A stretch of DNA of 64,000 nt, from assembly GCA_038064575.1 (NCBI GenBank), contig JBBTST010000005.1:1382-65381 (forward strand), given 5' to 3'. Under the pieces are notes generated by a model that did not search any database, had not been told where the DNA came from, and saw nothing but the letters and a program-made list of their open reading frames with translations. Made by a program: the position numbers and the translations under genes. Origin of the DNA: Patescibacteria group bacterium (GTDB taxonomy: Bacteria; Patescibacteriota; WWE3; UBA101185; 2-01-FULL-41-18). Position 1 is the stretch's first letter. Every line of letters starts with the position of its first letter. This document shows positions 63,625-64,000 of this stretch, piece by piece.

Positions 63625-64000
63625 TCACAACAAAGTAAATGTATCTTCCCAAATTACTTTCATGTCTAATTGGTTAACAGCATCTGTATGAAAAACAGCG
63701 TGGATATTATTTAGAACCACACTTTTGTTTAATACACTTGAAAGTAGTGATTTAAGGGTCTTAGTTAACTTTTTAACATCAACATCTTGTATTGTAAAAT
63801 TACCAATTGAAATGTGCGGCTTAAAACACTCAAAAACCCTTGCATAGCCATACTTATTCAAATACTCAAGTTCTTTTTGGCTGAAGTGGCCACTGTTCAC
63901 ACGTTCTAAATCCTTTGCTCTCACACAATTATCCCTATAAGCATTTAACAAATTATTTATATCTTCGTGTAATTTTCTTATATCCTTTCCCAATACTTCA
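63625..64000 (-). CDS. 2H phosphoesterase (LigT-like) protein, C-terminal part. The gene continues beyond the right edge.
   Basis: H-x-S-x motif FKPHISIG, typical of the second 2H-family motif. The frame is open to the window end. Confidence 0.4.
   Translation of the reverse strand, partial: EVLGKDIRKLHEDINNLLNAYRDNCVRAKDLERVNSGHFSQKELEYLNKYGYARVFECFKPHISIGNFTIQDVDVKKLTKTLKSLLSSVLNKSVVLNNIHAVFHTDAVNQLDMKVIWEDTFTLL

Noticed and set aside
1-64000. Alternative genetic code (UGA sense codon, as in some candidate-phyla lineages)
   Set aside because: Conserved genes (ruvB, tgt, sodA, dus and others) terminate at TGA/TAA/TAG and are full length under the standard code. No in-frame TGA interruptions seen.

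Overview
This is an AT-rich bacterial chromosomal segment read with the standard code. TGA acts as a stop and long ORFs are intact. Gene content looks like a small-genome, Gram-positive-like or Patescibacteria-like organism: there is a SipW/TasA module, many secreted acidic proteins and scattered tRNAs.

Housekeeping (about 0.6-19.6 kb). This stretch is mostly housekeeping: two tandem D-Ala-D-Ala-ligase-like ATP-grasp genes, one of them partial at the window edge, then ruvB-ruvA-ruvC-tgt, Fe/Mn superoxide dismutase, rmuC, a CaCA exchanger, an FMN reductase, tRNA-dihydrouridine synthase, NAD kinase, a GDSL hydrolase and an acyltransferase. A tRNA-Ser-like gene sits in this stretch. Its 3' end is duplicated 0.64 kb away, bracketing a single nucleotidyltransferase-fold gene.

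Accessory island (about 19.6-40.1 kb). This is composite and strongly accessory.
- Two tRNA-3'-end-like direct repeats bracket an envelope methionine-sulfoxide repair cassette: secreted MsrB, a CcdA-TlpA fusion, a thioredoxin and an XRE regulator.
- Next comes a minus-strand defence-like gene train: a Shedu-like DUF4263 nuclease, then an uncharacterised three-gene operon (TM0106-type RecB/Cas4-like Fe-S nuclease, KTSC domain protein, 558-aa multi-zinc-ribbon protein), then a small zinc-ribbon protein.
- Upstream of these is a 1553-aa UPF1/DNA2-like SF1 helicase fused to a C-terminal DUF559/Vsr-like endonuclease fold. Its stop codon sits on an A10 homopolymer. A 1-nt slip there would fuse it to the start-codon-less zinc-ribbon ORF downstream.
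- A ParB-domain/DPPY DNA methyltransferase fusion, a terminase-small-subunit-like HTH protein, a SHOCT protein and a large serine recombinase lie next to tRNA-Gln.

tRNA-dense region (about 40-47 kb). It carries tRNA-Gln, Val, Phe, Gly, Leu, Leu and Lys. A tandem cassette array is anchored at the tRNA-Phe 3' end and holds a divergent SHMT-like PLP enzyme, a kinase-like protein and two VOC proteins. Each cassette carries an identical 65-nt leader and a 30-nt junction repeat ending in TGGTGG.

Remainder (about 47-64 kb). Envelope and secretion functions dominate: SppA, DgkA, DedA, an SNase-like nuclease, CcdA plus a VKOR-thioredoxin fusion, a SipW-like signal peptidase with two TasA/camelysin-like substrates, an ABC substrate-binding protein, a YvcK/CofD-like protein and tRNA-Arg, His, Glu and Lys.

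No rRNA genes or CRISPR arrays were seen.
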